Source: Ignavibacteria bacterium
Lineage (GTDB): Bacteria; Bacteroidota; Ignavibacteria; Kapaibacteriales; Kapaibacteriaceae
DNA: 64,000 nt
Assembly (NCBI GenBank): GCA_016873895.1
Contig: VGVV01000003.1
Coordinates: forward strand, 275,747-339,746
Direction of reading: 5' to 3'
In this document: in pieces, positions 1 through 10,414 of the stretch
How the letters are laid out: each line of letters starts with the position of its first letter
Numbering within the stretch: position 1 is the stretch's first letter
Made by a program: the position numbers and the translations under genes
Notes under the pieces: generated by a model
Databases searched by the model: none
What the model was told of the DNA's origin: nothing
The model's input: only the letters and a program-made list of their open reading frames with translations

Positions 1-734
1 GTCTCTACGACTTTATCTGGAGGGACTTTTGTGATTGGTATGTCGAAATCGTCAAGGTACAAATCAGCACTGCTGCAACGGAGGGTACCAAGCGGGCTGT
101 GCTGGCAAATGCCTTTAGAATTATTGAAGGGACCTTGAAACTTCTTCATCCGGTTATGCCATTTCTCACAGAGGAACTTTGGCATGGTTTATACGGACAT
201 GACGCCGCGCTGTCTATATCTACACAAGCTGCCCCAGTTGCGCAGACTGATCATCTGGAACCGCTAACTGAGCAGCGATTTGAGACACTTCAACTCGTAG
301 TCGAAGCCATGAGACGTCAGCGTGCAGAAATGGGAATTCCACCAAGCGAGCGCTTAGACGTTACTTTACGTGTGGATCCCGAACACGTCGAATTCTTTCA
401 TGAGCAACAAGCAATCATTACATCACTGGCTCGTTGCGCTACGCTTACAATTTCTTCCGATGCCAAAAAACCAGAGGGTTCCGTTGCGGATGTAGTGCGC
501 GGGAACGAGATCTTCATGGTAGTTGCCGGTAAGGTAGACCTTGAGAAGGAACGCGTGAGAATGAAGAAGGAGATCTCTCGTCTGCAGGGGGCTATTTCAG
601 GCGTAGAGAAGAAACTCACCAATGCTTCTTTCGTTCAAAATGCCAAACCTGAGGTCGTTGCAACCGAGCGTCAGAAACTGCACGACTGGACAGACGCTAT
701 GGAGAAGCTCAACAGGAATCTTGCTGATCTGTAA
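1..734 (+). CDS. valS: Valyl-tRNA synthetase, 3' part (5' truncated by window)
   Basis: Frame open from nt 3 ([18 protein letters not shown]), [14 protein letters not shown] anticodon-binding motif, C-terminal coiled coil [17 protein letters not shown]. Confidence 0.95.
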   Translation, partial: LYDFIWRDFCDWYVEIVKVQISTAATEGTKRAVLANAFRIIEGTLKLLHPVMPFLTEELWHGLYGHDAALSISTQAAPVAQTDHLEPLTEQRFETLQLVVEAMRRQRAEMGIPPSERLDVTLRVDPEHVEFFHEQQAIITSLARCATLTISSDAKKPEGSVADVVRGNEIFMVVAGKVDLEKERVRMKKEISRLQGAISGVEKKLTNASFVQNAKPEVVATERQKLHDWTDAMEKLNRNLADL

Positions 735-757
735 CCCTAACTTTAACCCAACCGAAC

Positions 758-1966
758 ATGGCATACATTATCGAACCTATTCGCACGGCTGTTGGCAAGT
801 ATGGTGGAGCTCTTAGTTCTGTGCGTCCAGATGACATGGCTGCAGAAGTACTCAAGGCTCTCGTGCAACGCACGGGTATTAACCCAGCGCTTATCGACGA
901 TGTGATTCTCGGCTGCGCCAACCAAGCCGGTGAAGACAATCGTAACATTGCACGTATGGCAACACTCTTGGGTGGTCTGCCTGAGAGCGTTCCCGCCGTA
1001 ACCGTAAACAGGCTGTGTGCCTCGTCGCTTGAGGCCGTGATACAGGGTGTGAGAGCGATCCGCTCCAACGAGGCCAATTTCATCGTGGCAGGTGGCGTAG
1101 AGAGCATGTCGCGAGCCCCATACAGCATGCCGAAAAATGTCTCGGGTAAGGCCATGTTCGGTAACATTACAGTGTATGACACTGCGCTGGGATGGCGCTA
1201 TCCAAATCCTGCCATGGAGGCGATGTTCCCACTTGAGTCTATGGGGGAGACGGCCGAGAACATTGCTGAGCGCTGGGGTATTTCCCGTGAAGATCAAGAT
1301 GCATTTGCGCTGCAGTCGCACCAGCGGGCATCTGCAGCCACGCATAGCGGAGTGCTCGCCGATGAGATTATCCCATACGCCATTGCTTCGCGCAAGGGCG
1401 ATCCCGTGATCGTATCAAGGGACGAGCAACCACGTGCTGATGCCTCAATCGACAGCATGTCTACGTTGAAACCCGCCTTTCGCAAAGGTGGAACTGTAAC
1501 AGCCGGAAACTCGTCATCGCTTAACGACGGTGCAGCTGCAATGCTTCTAGCCAGTGAATCAATGTTGAATCAGCACCCTGACGTACGCAAACAAGCGCTG
1601 GCCAAAGTGATCAGTAGTGGCGCGGTAGGCGTCGATCCGCGTGTAATGGGCATAGGTCCAGTGAGTGCCATTCAGCTTGCCTGCAGCCGAGCTGGAATCG
1701 CAGTGAAGGACTTGGAACTTGTAGAGATTAACGAAGCATTTGCAGCTCAAAGCCTTGCCTGTGTGCGAGAATTACACCTCGACATGGAACGTGTCAATGT
1801 TCATGGTGGTGCGATTGCAATCGGGCACCCGCTTGGTATGAGCGGCGGCCGCATTCTCGGGCATCTTGCTCGTGAAATGCGCAGACGTGGTGTTCGCTAC
1901 GGGGCAGTCGCATTGTGTATTGGAGTTGGCCAGGGTCTCGCCGTTGTTATTGAGTCCTGCGACTAA
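758..1966 (+). CDS. pcaF: Acetyl-CoA C-acyltransferase (thiolase), 3-oxoadipyl-CoA thiolase PcaF/PaaJ-like
   Basis: [19 protein letters not shown] (catalytic Cys), [18 protein letters not shown] motifs; thiolase call is firm, subtype less so. Confidence 0.85.
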   Translation: MAYIIEPIRTAVGKYGGALSSVRPDDMAAEVLKALVQRTGINPALIDDVILGCANQAGEDNRNIARMATLLGGLPESVPAVTVNRLCASSLEAVIQGVRAIRSNEANFIVAGGVESMSRAPYSMPKNVSGKAMFGNITVYDTALGWRYPNPAMEAMFPLESMGETAENIAERWGISREDQDAFALQSHQRASAATHSGVLADEIIPYAIASRKGDPVIVSRDEQPRADASIDSMSTLKPAFRKGGTVTAGNSSSLNDGAAAMLLASESMLNQHPDVRKQALAKVISSGAVGVDPRVMGIGPVSAIQLACSRAGIAVKDLELVEINEAFAAQSLACVRELHLDMERVNVHGGAIAIGHPLGMSGGRILGHLAREMRRRGVRYGAVALCIGVGQGLAVVIESCD

Positions 1967-1977
1967 CATTTCGCAGT

Positions 1978-1986
1978 TATATTTGC
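1978..1986 (+). promoter_or_regulatory. Bacteroidota-type -7 promoter box (TATATTTGC) upstream of nuoF
   Basis: Matches TAnnTTTG, 35 nt before the ATG at 2022, in a 55-nt intergenic gap. Confidence 0.55.
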
Positions 1987-2021
1987 CAGTCGTTTAGAAC
2001 GTTTTTCACGAAGGACACTTC

Positions 2022-3353
2022 ATGTATTCGGCACCACATTTCGTACTTCCTCAGATCAAGGACCTTCACAAGGCCGATGTCTATATGGCTCATGGCGGCT
2101 ACGGAGGCTACAGAAAAGCTATTTCGACTTCGCCTGATACCGTTATTGACGAGGTAAAGAAGTCCGGACTTCGTGGTCGCGGTGGCGCTTGCTTTCCTAC
2201 GGGACTTAAGTGGTCGTTCATGCCAACGGGCAATGAAAAGCCAAAGTACCTAGCAATCAACGGCGACGAGTCAGAACCAGGCTCATTCAAAGACCGTCAG
2301 ATTTTCGAGTACAATCCGCATGGTCTTATCGAAGGCATCATGATTGCTGGGTATGCCATGGGCATCAAGACTGCATTCATTTATATCCGTGGCGAATACC
2401 ACAAGTGGGTAGATCTGATGCAAGATGCTGTAGACGAAGCATATGCTAAGGGGCTCATCGGTGATGCCATGAAGAAGACGTTTGGTGGCAATTACTCGAT
2501 CGATATCATTGTACACAAGGGTGCCGGAGCCTATATCTGTGGGGAAGAGACGTCCCTGATGAATTCTCTCGAGGGAGATAGAGCATACCCACGCTACAAG
2601 CCGCCATTCCCTGCAAACAAGGGGCTTTGGGGCATGCCAACAACGATCAACAATGTTGAGACGCTTGCTACTGTGCCTGCTATCATGACCATGGGAGCAG
2701 ATGCCTTCGCTGCTATTGGTGCTCCGGGTCACACAGGAACGCTATTGTATGGCGTAAGCGGACATGTCAACAAACCTGGCGTGTATGAACTTCCGACGGG
2801 CGTAAAGCTATCTGATATCATCTACGACGTGTGCGGCGGTGTTCCGGGCAACAAAAAGGTTAAGGCCGTTATCCCAGGCGGTTCATCTATGCCGCCCCTT
2901 CGCGGAGATGAAATCGAAGGTGTTTGCATGGATGAGGAGCACCTGAAGAAGATCGGTACGCACATCGGTACCGCTGGAATCATGGTTATGGATGAAGACA
3001 CTGACATTGTTGCTGTAACGCTCCGTATTGCCAGATTTTACCATCATGAATCTTGCGGACAATGCACGCCATGCCGTGAAGGTTGTGGATGGATGGAAAA
3101 AGTTCTCCATCGTCTCGATCATGGTGATGCAACGAGCGCTGACATTGATTTGCTCTATAGTGTTGCTTCAAACATCGAGGGTAACACGATCTGTGCTCTT
3201 GGCGACGCAGCAGCATGGCCTGTTAAGGGATTCATCGAGAAGTTCCGTGATGAGTTCGAAGCCCGCGTAAAGCATAATCGCTCGTTTGTTTCATTAAACG
3301 TCGTCCACGGACGTCGTTCAACGGCCTCGACTCTGGTTACGACCCACGTCTAA
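2022..3353 (+). CDS. nuoF: NADH-quinone oxidoreductase subunit F
   Basis: [48 protein letters not shown] and TICALGD 4Fe-4S motifs. Confidence 0.95.
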   Translation: MYSAPHFVLPQIKDLHKADVYMAHGGYGGYRKAISTSPDTVIDEVKKSGLRGRGGACFPTGLKWSFMPTGNEKPKYLAINGDESEPGSFKDRQIFEYNPHGLIEGIMIAGYAMGIKTAFIYIRGEYHKWVDLMQDAVDEAYAKGLIGDAMKKTFGGNYSIDIIVHKGAGAYICGEETSLMNSLEGDRAYPRYKPPFPANKGLWGMPTTINNVETLATVPAIMTMGADAFAAIGAPGHTGTLLYGVSGHVNKPGVYELPTGVKLSDIIYDVCGGVPGNKKVKAVIPGGSSMPPLRGDEIEGVCMDEEHLKKIGTHIGTAGIMVMDEDTDIVAVTLRIARFYHHESCGQCTPCREGCGWMEKVLHRLDHGDATSADIDLLYSVASNIEGNTICALGDAAAWPVKGFIEKFRDEFEARVKHNRSFVSLNVVHGRRSTASTLVTTHV

Positions 3354-4174
3354 TGGATGTACATGCATTGGGGTACGCCTTTGCTCTGACACTTCTGGCA
3401 GGCCTAGCCACCGGTGTTGGGTCGGCGATGGCCTTCTTTGCAAGAAAAACATCAACCAAGTTCCTATCCCTCTCACTCGGTTTTTCTGCCGGTGTGATGA
3501 TTTATGTCTCGTTTGTCGAGATTCTCGCTAAGAGTAATTCGGCACTTGCTCAAGTGTATGGTCCACAAGGCGGACGTTGGTACTCTGTGCTTTCATTCTT
3601 TGCCGGTATCGCGCTGATTGCCGTTATCGACAAACTGGTTCCGTCTCATGAAAATCCACACGAGAACATGAGTATCGAAGCCCTCGACGACGAGGCAAAG
3701 AAAGAGGAGTTCGCACGCAATCATCGGTTGTTACGCGTTGGGGTAATGACGGCACTCGCCATAGGCATACACAACTTCCCGGAAGGGCTCGCAACCTTCG
3801 TTAGCGCACTTCACGATCCAAGCGTGGGCGTCGCTATCGCAATTGCTATCGCGATCCATAATATCCCAGAGGGTATTGCTGTAAGCGTCCCTGTTTTCTA
3901 TGCTACTCAAGACCGCAAGAAAGCCTTCTTATACTCATTTCTTTCTGGTCTTGCCGAACCTGTTGGTGCTGTTATTGGTTATCTAGTCCTGTTGCCGTTT
4001 ATGAGTCCTGTGGTGATGGGAGTTGTGTTTGGCCTTGTAGCTGGTATCATGGTGTTTATTTCCATCGACGAATTGCTTCCAGCAGCTAGAGAGTATGGCG
4101 AGCATCACCTGAGCATCTACGGACTAGTGGCAGGTATGGCTGTAATGGCAGTTTCGCTGTTGCTTTTCTTGTAA
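3353..4174 (+). CDS. zupT: ZIP-family zinc transporter ZupT
   Basis: HNFPEG and HNIPEG motifs, multiple TM helices; TAATG overlap with nuoF stop. Confidence 0.93.
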   Translation: MDVHALGYAFALTLLAGLATGVGSAMAFFARKTSTKFLSLSLGFSAGVMIYVSFVEILAKSNSALAQVYGPQGGRWYSVLSFFAGIALIAVIDKLVPSHENPHENMSIEALDDEAKKEEFARNHRLLRVGVMTALAIGIHNFPEGLATFVSALHDPSVGVAIAIAIAIHNIPEGIAVSVPVFYATQDRKKAFLYSFLSGLAEPVGAVIGYLVLLPFMSPVVMGVVFGLVAGIMVFISIDELLPAAREYGEHHLSIYGLVAGMAVMAVSLLLFL

Positions 4175-4191
4175 CGTGAATTCATCAAGTA

Positions 4192-4812
4192 ATGCCACAA
4201 TCTGAACATCGCATCGGTATTATCGGCGGATCATTCAACCCGATACACATCGCTCATCTGATTATCGCAGACAGGTTCGTAGACCAGTTACATCTCGATG
4301 CCTGTTACTTTGTACCGGCGTTTCAATCACCGTTCAAAGTTGGCGATAAGGGGCTAGCATCACCCACAGACCGCGTTGCCATGGTGAAACTTGCTATCGA
4401 GCAACATCCAATGTTTCATGTCAGCACAGCCGAGGTAGACCGGCAGGGCGTATCGTACACGATTGATACCCTGCAGACGATGTCTATTCAAAACCCTGGA
4501 GCGGTTCTGCACCTTCTTATCGGCAGCGACCAAGCTGTCGAGTTTGTCCGCTGGAAAGATTGGCAGGATATCTGCCGCATAGCTCAGCTTTGCATTGTCC
4601 GACGTCCATTCTTGCTCACACCAGAACAAGAACAGCGTATGACTGAGCAACTAACTATCGATGGCAGACCTCCAATATGGGTTCAAGCCCCTTTGCTAGA
4701 AATCTCCTCGACCGATATACGCAGCCGCGTAGCAGACGATAAGAGCATCAATTATCAAACAGTCAAGGCAGTCAGGGATTATATTGATGCGAAGAAGTTG
4801 TATCGGAAGTGA
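4192..4812 (+). CDS. nadD: Nicotinate-nucleotide adenylyltransferase
   Basis: GGSFNPIHIAH, SYTIDT, LIGSD, ISSTDIR motifs. Confidence 0.95.
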   Translation: MPQSEHRIGIIGGSFNPIHIAHLIIADRFVDQLHLDACYFVPAFQSPFKVGDKGLASPTDRVAMVKLAIEQHPMFHVSTAEVDRQGVSYTIDTLQTMSIQNPGAVLHLLIGSDQAVEFVRWKDWQDICRIAQLCIVRRPFLLTPEQEQRMTEQLTIDGRPPIWVQAPLLEISSTDIRSRVADDKSINYQTVKAVRDYIDAKKLYRK

Positions 4813-4824
4813 GGAACTAGTTTC

Positions 4825-4980
4825 AATTACGAATTACGAATTACGAATTACTAATTACGGATGACAGATTACAGATTACTGATTACTGATTTACGTACTA
4901 GTTACGAGTTAATAATTACGATTTCAGTCATTTATGATCAGCCATTCATGATTAGTAATTCGTAATTCGTAATTCGTCAT
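4825..4980. repeat. Intergenic heptamer tandem array with perfect 27-bp inverted repeat
   Basis: Nine in-phase 7-mers at 4825-4887 (AATTACG x3, AATTACT, AATTACG, GATGACA, GATTACA, GATTACT x2); 4829-4855 is the exact reverse complement of 4951-4977. Confidence 0.9.
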
Positions 4981-4995
4981 CCATTTTCTCTCCCT

Positions 4996-5349
4996 ATGGA
5001 CCACCAAGAACTCAAACTCCTAGCCTCAATGATTGCCGATGAGCTCGAAAAGCGGCACAATGCGCCTTTAGCTTCCAAGTGGCAGCATGGCACGATGATT
5101 TTTAAACCAGGTGATAGCACTCTCAAGCAGCATGAGATGTCTATCGAGCGCTTTATGCAGAAGATCGTTATGATGCGTGATAACCTGCGCGTCTTGGAGC
5201 AACAGATCAATGCAAATGGGAACCTGAGTGTTGCTGAAAAAATCAAGCTTCAGGGATACATCACGAAGATCTATGGCTCGATGACCTCCTTTAACATCGT
5301 CTTTGCCGATGAAGACGATAAGTTCCGAGGGGCTGGAGGAGGGGAATGA
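4996..5349 (+). CDS. Conserved hypothetical protein (small, helical)
   Basis: 117-aa ORF; KIVMMRDNLRVLEQQIN...LQGYITKIYGSMTSFN resembles a conserved FCB hypothetical family (recalled, not searched). Confidence 0.8.
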   Translation: MDHQELKLLASMIADELEKRHNAPLASKWQHGTMIFKPGDSTLKQHEMSIERFMQKIVMMRDNLRVLEQQINANGNLSVAEKIKLQGYITKIYGSMTSFNIVFADEDDKFRGAGGGE

Positions 5350-5365
5350 CTAATGACTAATGACA
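5345..5365 (+). repeat. Heptamer tandem repeat AATGACT-AATGACT-AATGACA overlapping a stop codon
   Basis: Three in-phase 7-mers; the first contains the TGA of the 117-aa ORF. Confidence 0.75.
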
Positions 5366-5402
5366 TTGTAGAGGGGTACGGTAAGCTGTAACCATTACGA
5401 AT

Positions 5403-5440
5403 AAAAAACGTCCGACTGCAGTGTGCAATCGGACGTTCTG
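5403..5440 (-). terminator. Intrinsic terminator of the tRNA-Ala/tRNA-Asp transcript
   Basis: Minus strand AACGTCCGATTGCA-CAC-TGCAGTCGGACGTT-TTTT hairpin plus U-tract just downstream of tRNA-Asp. Confidence 0.85.
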
Positions 5441-5451
5441 TTGTTCGGGAG

Positions 5452-5526
5452 CGGGACCGACGGGGCTCGAACCCGCGACCTCCGCCTTGACAGGGCGGCG
5501 CTCTAACCAAGCTGAGCTACGATCCC
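5452..5526 (-). tRNA. tRNA-Asp(GTC), CCA not encoded
   Basis: GGGATCG/CGGTCCC acceptor stem, anticodon arm CCGCC-CT-GTC-AA-GGCGG, GGTTCGAG T-loop. Confidence 0.95.
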
Positions 5527-5539
5527 GTAACCGTTACGC

Positions 5540-5615
5540 TGGTGGACCCAAGCGGGATCGAACCGCTGACCTCTTCAATGCCATTGAAGCGCTCTCCCAG
5601 CTGAGCTATGGGCCC
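5540..5615 (-). tRNA. tRNA-Ala(GGC), CCA encoded
   Basis: GGGCCCA/TGGGTCC acceptor stem with G3:U70, anticodon arm CTTCA-AT-GGC-AT-TGAAG, GGTTCGAT T-loop, 3' ACCA. Confidence 0.96.
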
Positions 5616-5637
5616 GTTTCACCTAGAAAACGGAGAC

Positions 5638-5668
5638 CAAATATAGGGGTATATGGCGCAATTACAAA
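5638..5668 (-). promoter_or_regulatory. Bacteroidota-type promoter of the tRNA operon (TTTG-N19-TATATTTG)
   Basis: Minus strand TTTG (5668-5665), 19-nt spacer, TATATTTG (5645-5638); 22 nt upstream of tRNA-Ala. Confidence 0.75.
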
Positions 5669-5673
5669 TGAGA

Positions 5674-7401
5674 TTATCGAATGAATTGCAAGTCGCACCA
5701 TCGCTGATAGATTCCTCCTTGTGCAATAAGTGATTCATGTGTGCCAGATTCTACGATTCTTCCATGAGAAAACACGTAAATGGCATCGCACATACGCACG
5801 GTACTGAGTCTATGGGCTATAATAACCGAAGTACGATTGGTCATCAGTCGTTCTAGCGCATCCTGAATTAAATGCTCGCTTTCGGCATCTAACGAGCTTG
5901 TTGCCTCGTCCAGCAACAGGATGGGAGGATTCTTCAGCAGAGCACGCGCAATGGCTACACGCTGCCTCTGTCCGCCACTAAGCTTCATTCCACGCTCGCC
6001 AACGAGCGTGTTGAATCCCTCGGGAAATTCCTCGATAAAGCTCAATGCATTGGCCCCAATGGCAGCATTGCGAACGTCATCAATTGAAGCATGTGTCCGA
6101 CCATATCGAATGTTCTCTTCTATGGTCCCACCAAACAAAACAATGTCCTGAGGCACTACGCCAATATTCCGCCGAATCTGTGCTAGCGAAAACTCCGATG
6201 CCTGCTGACCATCGTAGAGAACTATGCCCGATGAAGGCTCGTACAACCGTTGAATAAGAGCAGCAGTTGTGGATTTCCCCGATCCACTCTCACCAATGAA
6301 CGCTATTCGTTGCCCCGGATGAATGAGCAGATTGAGATCTTCAACAGCCAAATGAGTACCGCGATCTGCGTAGGCAAACGATACATTACGTAGCTCAATA
6401 CTGCGAATTGCAACGTCCGCAGATTCCTCACCAACATGTTCACGGTTTTCAGACATCAGCTCTCGAATTCGGACAGATGCACCCAGCGACTTTTGGATCT
6501 GTCCAAACAACTCGGCAAACGAACCTAACGCACCCCCGACAAACATGGCATACATCAAGAACGATAAGAGTTGTCCCATGGATACAGCTTTAGACTGCAC
6601 CAGGCTAGCACCGTAGAGAATAACTGCAGCTATACCACCAAAAATTGTGAAGATGATAAACGTAACAAATGCTGCTCGCAGCCTGGCCCCCTTAACAGCA
6701 AGCGAGACGTTCTCACCGAGAGCTGCTTTGTAACGGTCAATCTCGTGCTGTTCCTGTACGTAGGACTTCACCGACTGTAGGCTCTGTAGCGTTTCCTCCA
6801 CAATCGTAGAGGTCTTTGCAAGAGCATCCTGTGTTCGTGTAGACAGCTTACGCAATCGACGTCCAATAAGAGCAGCAGCCCCCACAATCAGTGGCATGCC
6901 GAGCAGGATCGGGATTGTAAGCTTCACGCTGGTTGTGACGATCAGGACAATCGAACCGACGAGGAATATCGACTGTCGAACGAGTTGTAGCAATGAGAAT
7001 GAAAATGTCTCCTGTATCTGCGTTAAATCGCTGGAAATCCGACTTGAAAGTTCACCAATGCGATGTTTGGATAGAGTTGCCAGAGGCAGTTTCACGATGT
7101 GCTGAAAGAGATTCGATCGCAATGCCGCGATAACCTGTTCTGTGGTGCGGGACATCGTAACAGAGACCAGATAACCAATGCAGGCCTGAACCAACAAGAG
7201 TCCGAGAAACATGGCTGCTGTCCTATAGAGATCTGATGGATCTCTTGACTCTTGAATTTGATCGATGATCGTTCCAGTCATCGCTGGAAAGACCAAGCTG
7301 ATCCCACTGCTCGGAATCATAAACACCAATGCAAGAATCATTTTCCAAGCATGGGGCTTGTAGTGCGAAAGCAGGAATGAGAATGAATTACGATTGGACA
7401 T
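5674..7401 (-). CDS. ABC exporter, fused permease/ATPase (MsbA/ABCB-like)
   Basis: N-terminal TM domain, Walker A GESGSGKS, signature LSGGQRQR, Walker B LLLDEATS. Confidence 0.93.
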   Translation of the reverse strand: MSNRNSFSFLLSHYKPHAWKMILALVFMIPSSGISLVFPAMTGTIIDQIQESRDPSDLYRTAAMFLGLLLVQACIGYLVSVTMSRTTEQVIAALRSNLFQHIVKLPLATLSKHRIGELSSRISSDLTQIQETFSFSLLQLVRQSIFLVGSIVLIVTTSVKLTIPILLGMPLIVGAAALIGRRLRKLSTRTQDALAKTSTIVEETLQSLQSVKSYVQEQHEIDRYKAALGENVSLAVKGARLRAAFVTFIIFTIFGGIAAVILYGASLVQSKAVSMGQLLSFLMYAMFVGGALGSFAELFGQIQKSLGASVRIRELMSENREHVGEESADVAIRSIELRNVSFAYADRGTHLAVEDLNLLIHPGQRIAFIGESGSGKSTTAALIQRLYEPSSGIVLYDGQQASEFSLAQIRRNIGVVPQDIVLFGGTIEENIRYGRTHASIDDVRNAAIGANALSFIEEFPEGFNTLVGERGMKLSGGQRQRVAIARALLKNPPILLLDEATSSLDAESEHLIQDALERLMTNRTSVIIAHRLSTVRMCDAIYVFSHGRIVESGTHESLIAQGGIYQRWCDLQFIR

Positions 7402-7404
7402 GAC

Positions 7405-9375
7405 TTACTTAACCACAAATGATATCACGCTGTGTCTGCTGTTCACGAGGAGTGTGATAACATACACCCCTGGCTGAAGTGGTTGCGATGGGTGGACGTA
7501 TAGCCTATGTCCTTCGTGCTGAGCTGTAGCAGGAACTTCCTGACCAGTGAGAGCATACATACGCGCCAATGGCTTCAATACATCCGTCCATGGTAATGAA
7601 ACCACAATTGAGCTAGATCCCGCTTCAATAGGTTGCTCGAGCACAGTTGGTTGCAAGGCCGTGGGATGCTCATCAACCCTTGCAATAGTCGTGGGTAAGC
7701 GCACCGCACATGATAGATCTACGAGATTGCGTACAACCTGAAATGTTGATTGATCATGAGGATATGCCCGCACTCTCCCAAGAGCTTCATCGGTAGCCAC
7801 CACCCTAATGTCAAGTGTGTCTCCGCCCGTAAATGTCGATTCAGGATACTCAACATAATACCAGACTCCTTCGATGGGCCGGGCTACGATTTCCGTTGAC
7901 TGCTTCGTTGTACGATTGACTGCAGTCACCTTTACAGACACCGCGTTAGAGCTGAATATCGGTATGAACATGGAGGTATTCGTTGAAACGATAACAACGT
8001 TGGGCCGTCCGATGCCAGGGCCAAGAAACCGTGCTGTGGAAACCGTGTTTGCCACACCATGCCCCATGCCAGAATCTCGCTGAGTAGGGAACATTGAATT
8101 CGCATACAATGCATCACGGAGCTGCTGCAAGGGCATGTCTGGGTAGAGTCCGCGCAACAGGCCAAGCTGTCCAGCAACGATAGGCGTTGCTAAGGACGTG
8201 CCCGACGAACGAACGAGATTACCAGCTGGTGTTTGACAGTGCACGCCCATTCCTTGGGCGGTAATATCTGGTTTTATTCGCCCGTCTGCAGTTGGCCCCT
8301 TACTCGAGTACGCCCATAGAGTGTCAGCACCGATAGCCATGGCACCAACGGTAATTGCGCTATCTGCATCTGCAGGAGTAATCAGTGTTTTCGGACGCCC
8401 GTAATTACCTGCTGCAGTTACACAGAGCATACCGCGCTGGGCAGCCAAGTTAATGGCACGAGCAGCATATGTTGTCTTTCCGTCCAGCAACTCATACGGC
8501 GTTGATGCATCAGTTGAATCAAACGCCAAATACCCAAGCGATGAGGACGAGATATCTGCACCATTGAGTTCCACCCAATGCATCGCTTCAACGAATAACT
8601 CCTCTTCGATACGACGCTCGTATCTCATGTCTTCAGATTTGGCAAGCAGATACGTTGCAAATGGGGCAACTCCGGATACGGAGTCATGACTCCAGCTACC
8701 GATGACTGAAAAGATGCAACTGCCATGGGCGTCCTGCGCATCAACATCGCCAGGTTGGTTTGCTGTTATTGTATCTCGATAAACGAAATCATACTCGCGT
8801 TCCACTTGAGCATGTCGTAGTGTAGACATCTCTCGCCACCGAAAACCATTGTCAATCACTCCGATGCGGGCCCCCTGACCAAACAACCCTGCATCATGGA
8901 GTTGTTTAACGTTTACTGACAGCAGTTGCTGCTCTGATGGCCCATATACCACTGGAGAGCAGTCTATCTCACGCAGCTGTGTGTAGGATAGGCTCGAGGT
9001 TGGTTTTACGGAAAGTACAAAAGGCAGAGCCTGCACCCGTTGCTGTTCGGCCGGGTCCAACCCAACAATAACGGCATTAAGCCACACGAGTTCCGAGAGC
9101 AGTGAGTCGCTGATGGCCAGTATCGATTGCTTGTAAGGCACATACAGCGGCTTATCATCCTCATTCAGGATAGGATTGAAGCCAACAGACCTTCTACGCT
9201 CGATCGCCCTGGGATGATACAAGGCCAATGTAGACTGATAAAGTGCCGACCCGGGGGCAAAACTCTCGGGGCCCTTATCCGTAAAGCGAACTCGGCAGGG
9301 AACACGCTGTTGCGCCCACAATGGCAGCGCAATGGAAACAGTCAGCAGAACAAACAACAACCTCATGGAATCCAT
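7405..9375 (-). CDS. Secreted S8 (subtilisin-like) serine peptidase with T9SS-like C-terminal domain
   Basis: Signal peptide; catalytic triad motifs GVIDNGF, HGS, SGTSLATP; C-terminal GVYVITL...SFVVK. Confidence 0.9.
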   Translation of the reverse strand: MDSMRLLFVLLTVSIALPLWAQQRVPCRVRFTDKGPESFAPGSALYQSTLALYHPRAIERRRSVGFNPILNEDDKPLYVPYKQSILAISDSLLSELVWLNAVIVGLDPAEQQRVQALPFVLSVKPTSSLSYTQLREIDCSPVVYGPSEQQLLSVNVKQLHDAGLFGQGARIGVIDNGFRWREMSTLRHAQVEREYDFVYRDTITANQPGDVDAQDAHGSCIFSVIGSWSHDSVSGVAPFATYLLAKSEDMRYERRIEEELFVEAMHWVELNGADISSSSLGYLAFDSTDASTPYELLDGKTTYAARAINLAAQRGMLCVTAAGNYGRPKTLITPADADSAITVGAMAIGADTLWAYSSKGPTADGRIKPDITAQGMGVHCQTPAGNLVRSSGTSLATPIVAGQLGLLRGLYPDMPLQQLRDALYANSMFPTQRDSGMGHGVANTVSTARFLGPGIGRPNVVIVSTNTSMFIPIFSSNAVSVKVTAVNRTTKQSTEIVARPIEGVWYYVEYPESTFTGGDTLDIRVVATDEALGRVRAYPHDQSTFQVVRNLVDLSCAVRLPTTIARVDEHPTALQPTVLEQPIEAGSSSIVVSLPWTDVLKPLARMYALTGQEVPATAQHEGHRLYVHPSQPLQPGVYVITLLVNSRHSVISFVVK

Positions 9376-9379
9376 TTCG

Positions 9380-9387
9380 TAGGTTTG
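9380..9387 (+). promoter_or_regulatory. -7 box TAGGTTTG upstream of ygfZ
   Basis: Matches TAnnTTTG in a 34-nt divergent gap. Confidence 0.45.
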
Positions 9388-9409
9388 AATTCTTCAACGT
9401 AATCTCAAC

Positions 9410-10414
9410 ATGCAAACATCACAAATTACCACCGCTTCGATTGTAACGGCACGTAAATCGGCAGCATGGATTGATCGCTCGGGGTGGACGCTTCTGCGGC
9501 TTACGGGCGCTGATAGGAGTGATCTACTTCATCGCCTAACAACAAACGATCTCCGCGACGTTCGATCCGGACACGGCAAGCATACCGTCTTGCTCACAGA
9601 TAAGGCCCGCATCATCGACATCATCGGCATACTCCACGACGCAGATTCCAGTTATCTGTTGTGCTCACCGGGACAGAAAAATACTATTGTTGCATGGCTG
9701 CGCAAGTATATCATCATGGATGATGTTCACATCTATGACGCATCTTCTGAATACACGATGATTGAGGTCTGTGGTCCGCGTTCGTCTGAAGCAGTTGATA
9801 GTCTTCTGGGAGTATCAGTAGGGGGCTTTGCTCTGGATCAATGGTGCAGCGTGGTCGTAGACGGCAGTAATGTTATTGTTACTCGGCAACCATCTGCCTG
9901 CGAAGTCTCATACTGGATAATCGCTCCCACAGCCACAGCACAGAGCATTCGCGCGAGTTTACATGAGAATCCAAGCCTCATACCGAAGCTCTCAGCGGCT
10001 GATTCTGACTATGTGCGAATCTTGGCAGGTATGGGCAAACATGGAAATGAATGGACCGACGCGTACAATCCACTTGAGGCCGGTTTGCTGCATCTGACGT
10101 CGTTTGCAAAGGGATGTTACATCGGACAAGAGGTCGTGGCCAGACTCGATAGCTACAACAAAGTCAAGCAGCGTGTTATGGGTCTAGCGTCAGCTGAAAG
10201 ACTGCATGTTGGCATGCGCCTCTATGCAGAAGCTACCGACGTCGGTGTGATTACAAGTGTTACTGCTTCTGCCGATGGCTCTCATTGGTTTGCACTTGGC
10301 TATGTGCGTGGCGAACATGCTCATCCAAATGCTCCTTTAACTGCAGGGTTAGAGGGTACTCGCGTGGGAATAACACAACACCAACTTCCCATGGATGACC
10401 CAACATGCCAATAG
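9410..10414 (+). CDS. ygfZ: Folate-binding Fe-S cluster repair protein YgfZ (GcvT family)
   Basis: Signature KGCYIGQEVVAR; GcvT-like N-terminus. Confidence 0.9.
   Translation: MQTSQITTASIVTARKSAAWIDRSGWTLLRLTGADRSDLLHRLTTNDLRDVRSGHGKHTVLLTDKARIIDIIGILHDADSSYLLCSPGQKNTIVAWLRKYIIMDDVHIYDASSEYTMIEVCGPRSSEAVDSLLGVSVGGFALDQWCSVVVDGSNVIVTRQPSACEVSYWIIAPTATAQSIRASLHENPSLIPKLSAADSDYVRILAGMGKHGNEWTDAYNPLEAGLLHLTSFAKGCYIGQEVVARLDSYNKVKQRVMGLASAERLHVGMRLYAEATDVGVITSVTASADGSHWFALGYVRGEHAHPNAPLTAGLEGTRVGITQHQLPMDDPTCQ

Noticed and set aside
4825-4980. Possible CRISPR array
   Set aside because: Units are contiguous 7-mers with no unique spacers, and there are no cas genes in the window
5400-5620. tRNA-anchored genomic island
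   Set aside because: No integrase and no duplicated tRNA 3' end seen; the flanks are housekeeping genes
5271-5684. ORFs 5271-5510(-) and 5421-5684(+)
   Set aside because: They overlap two well-formed tRNA genes and a terminator; spurious
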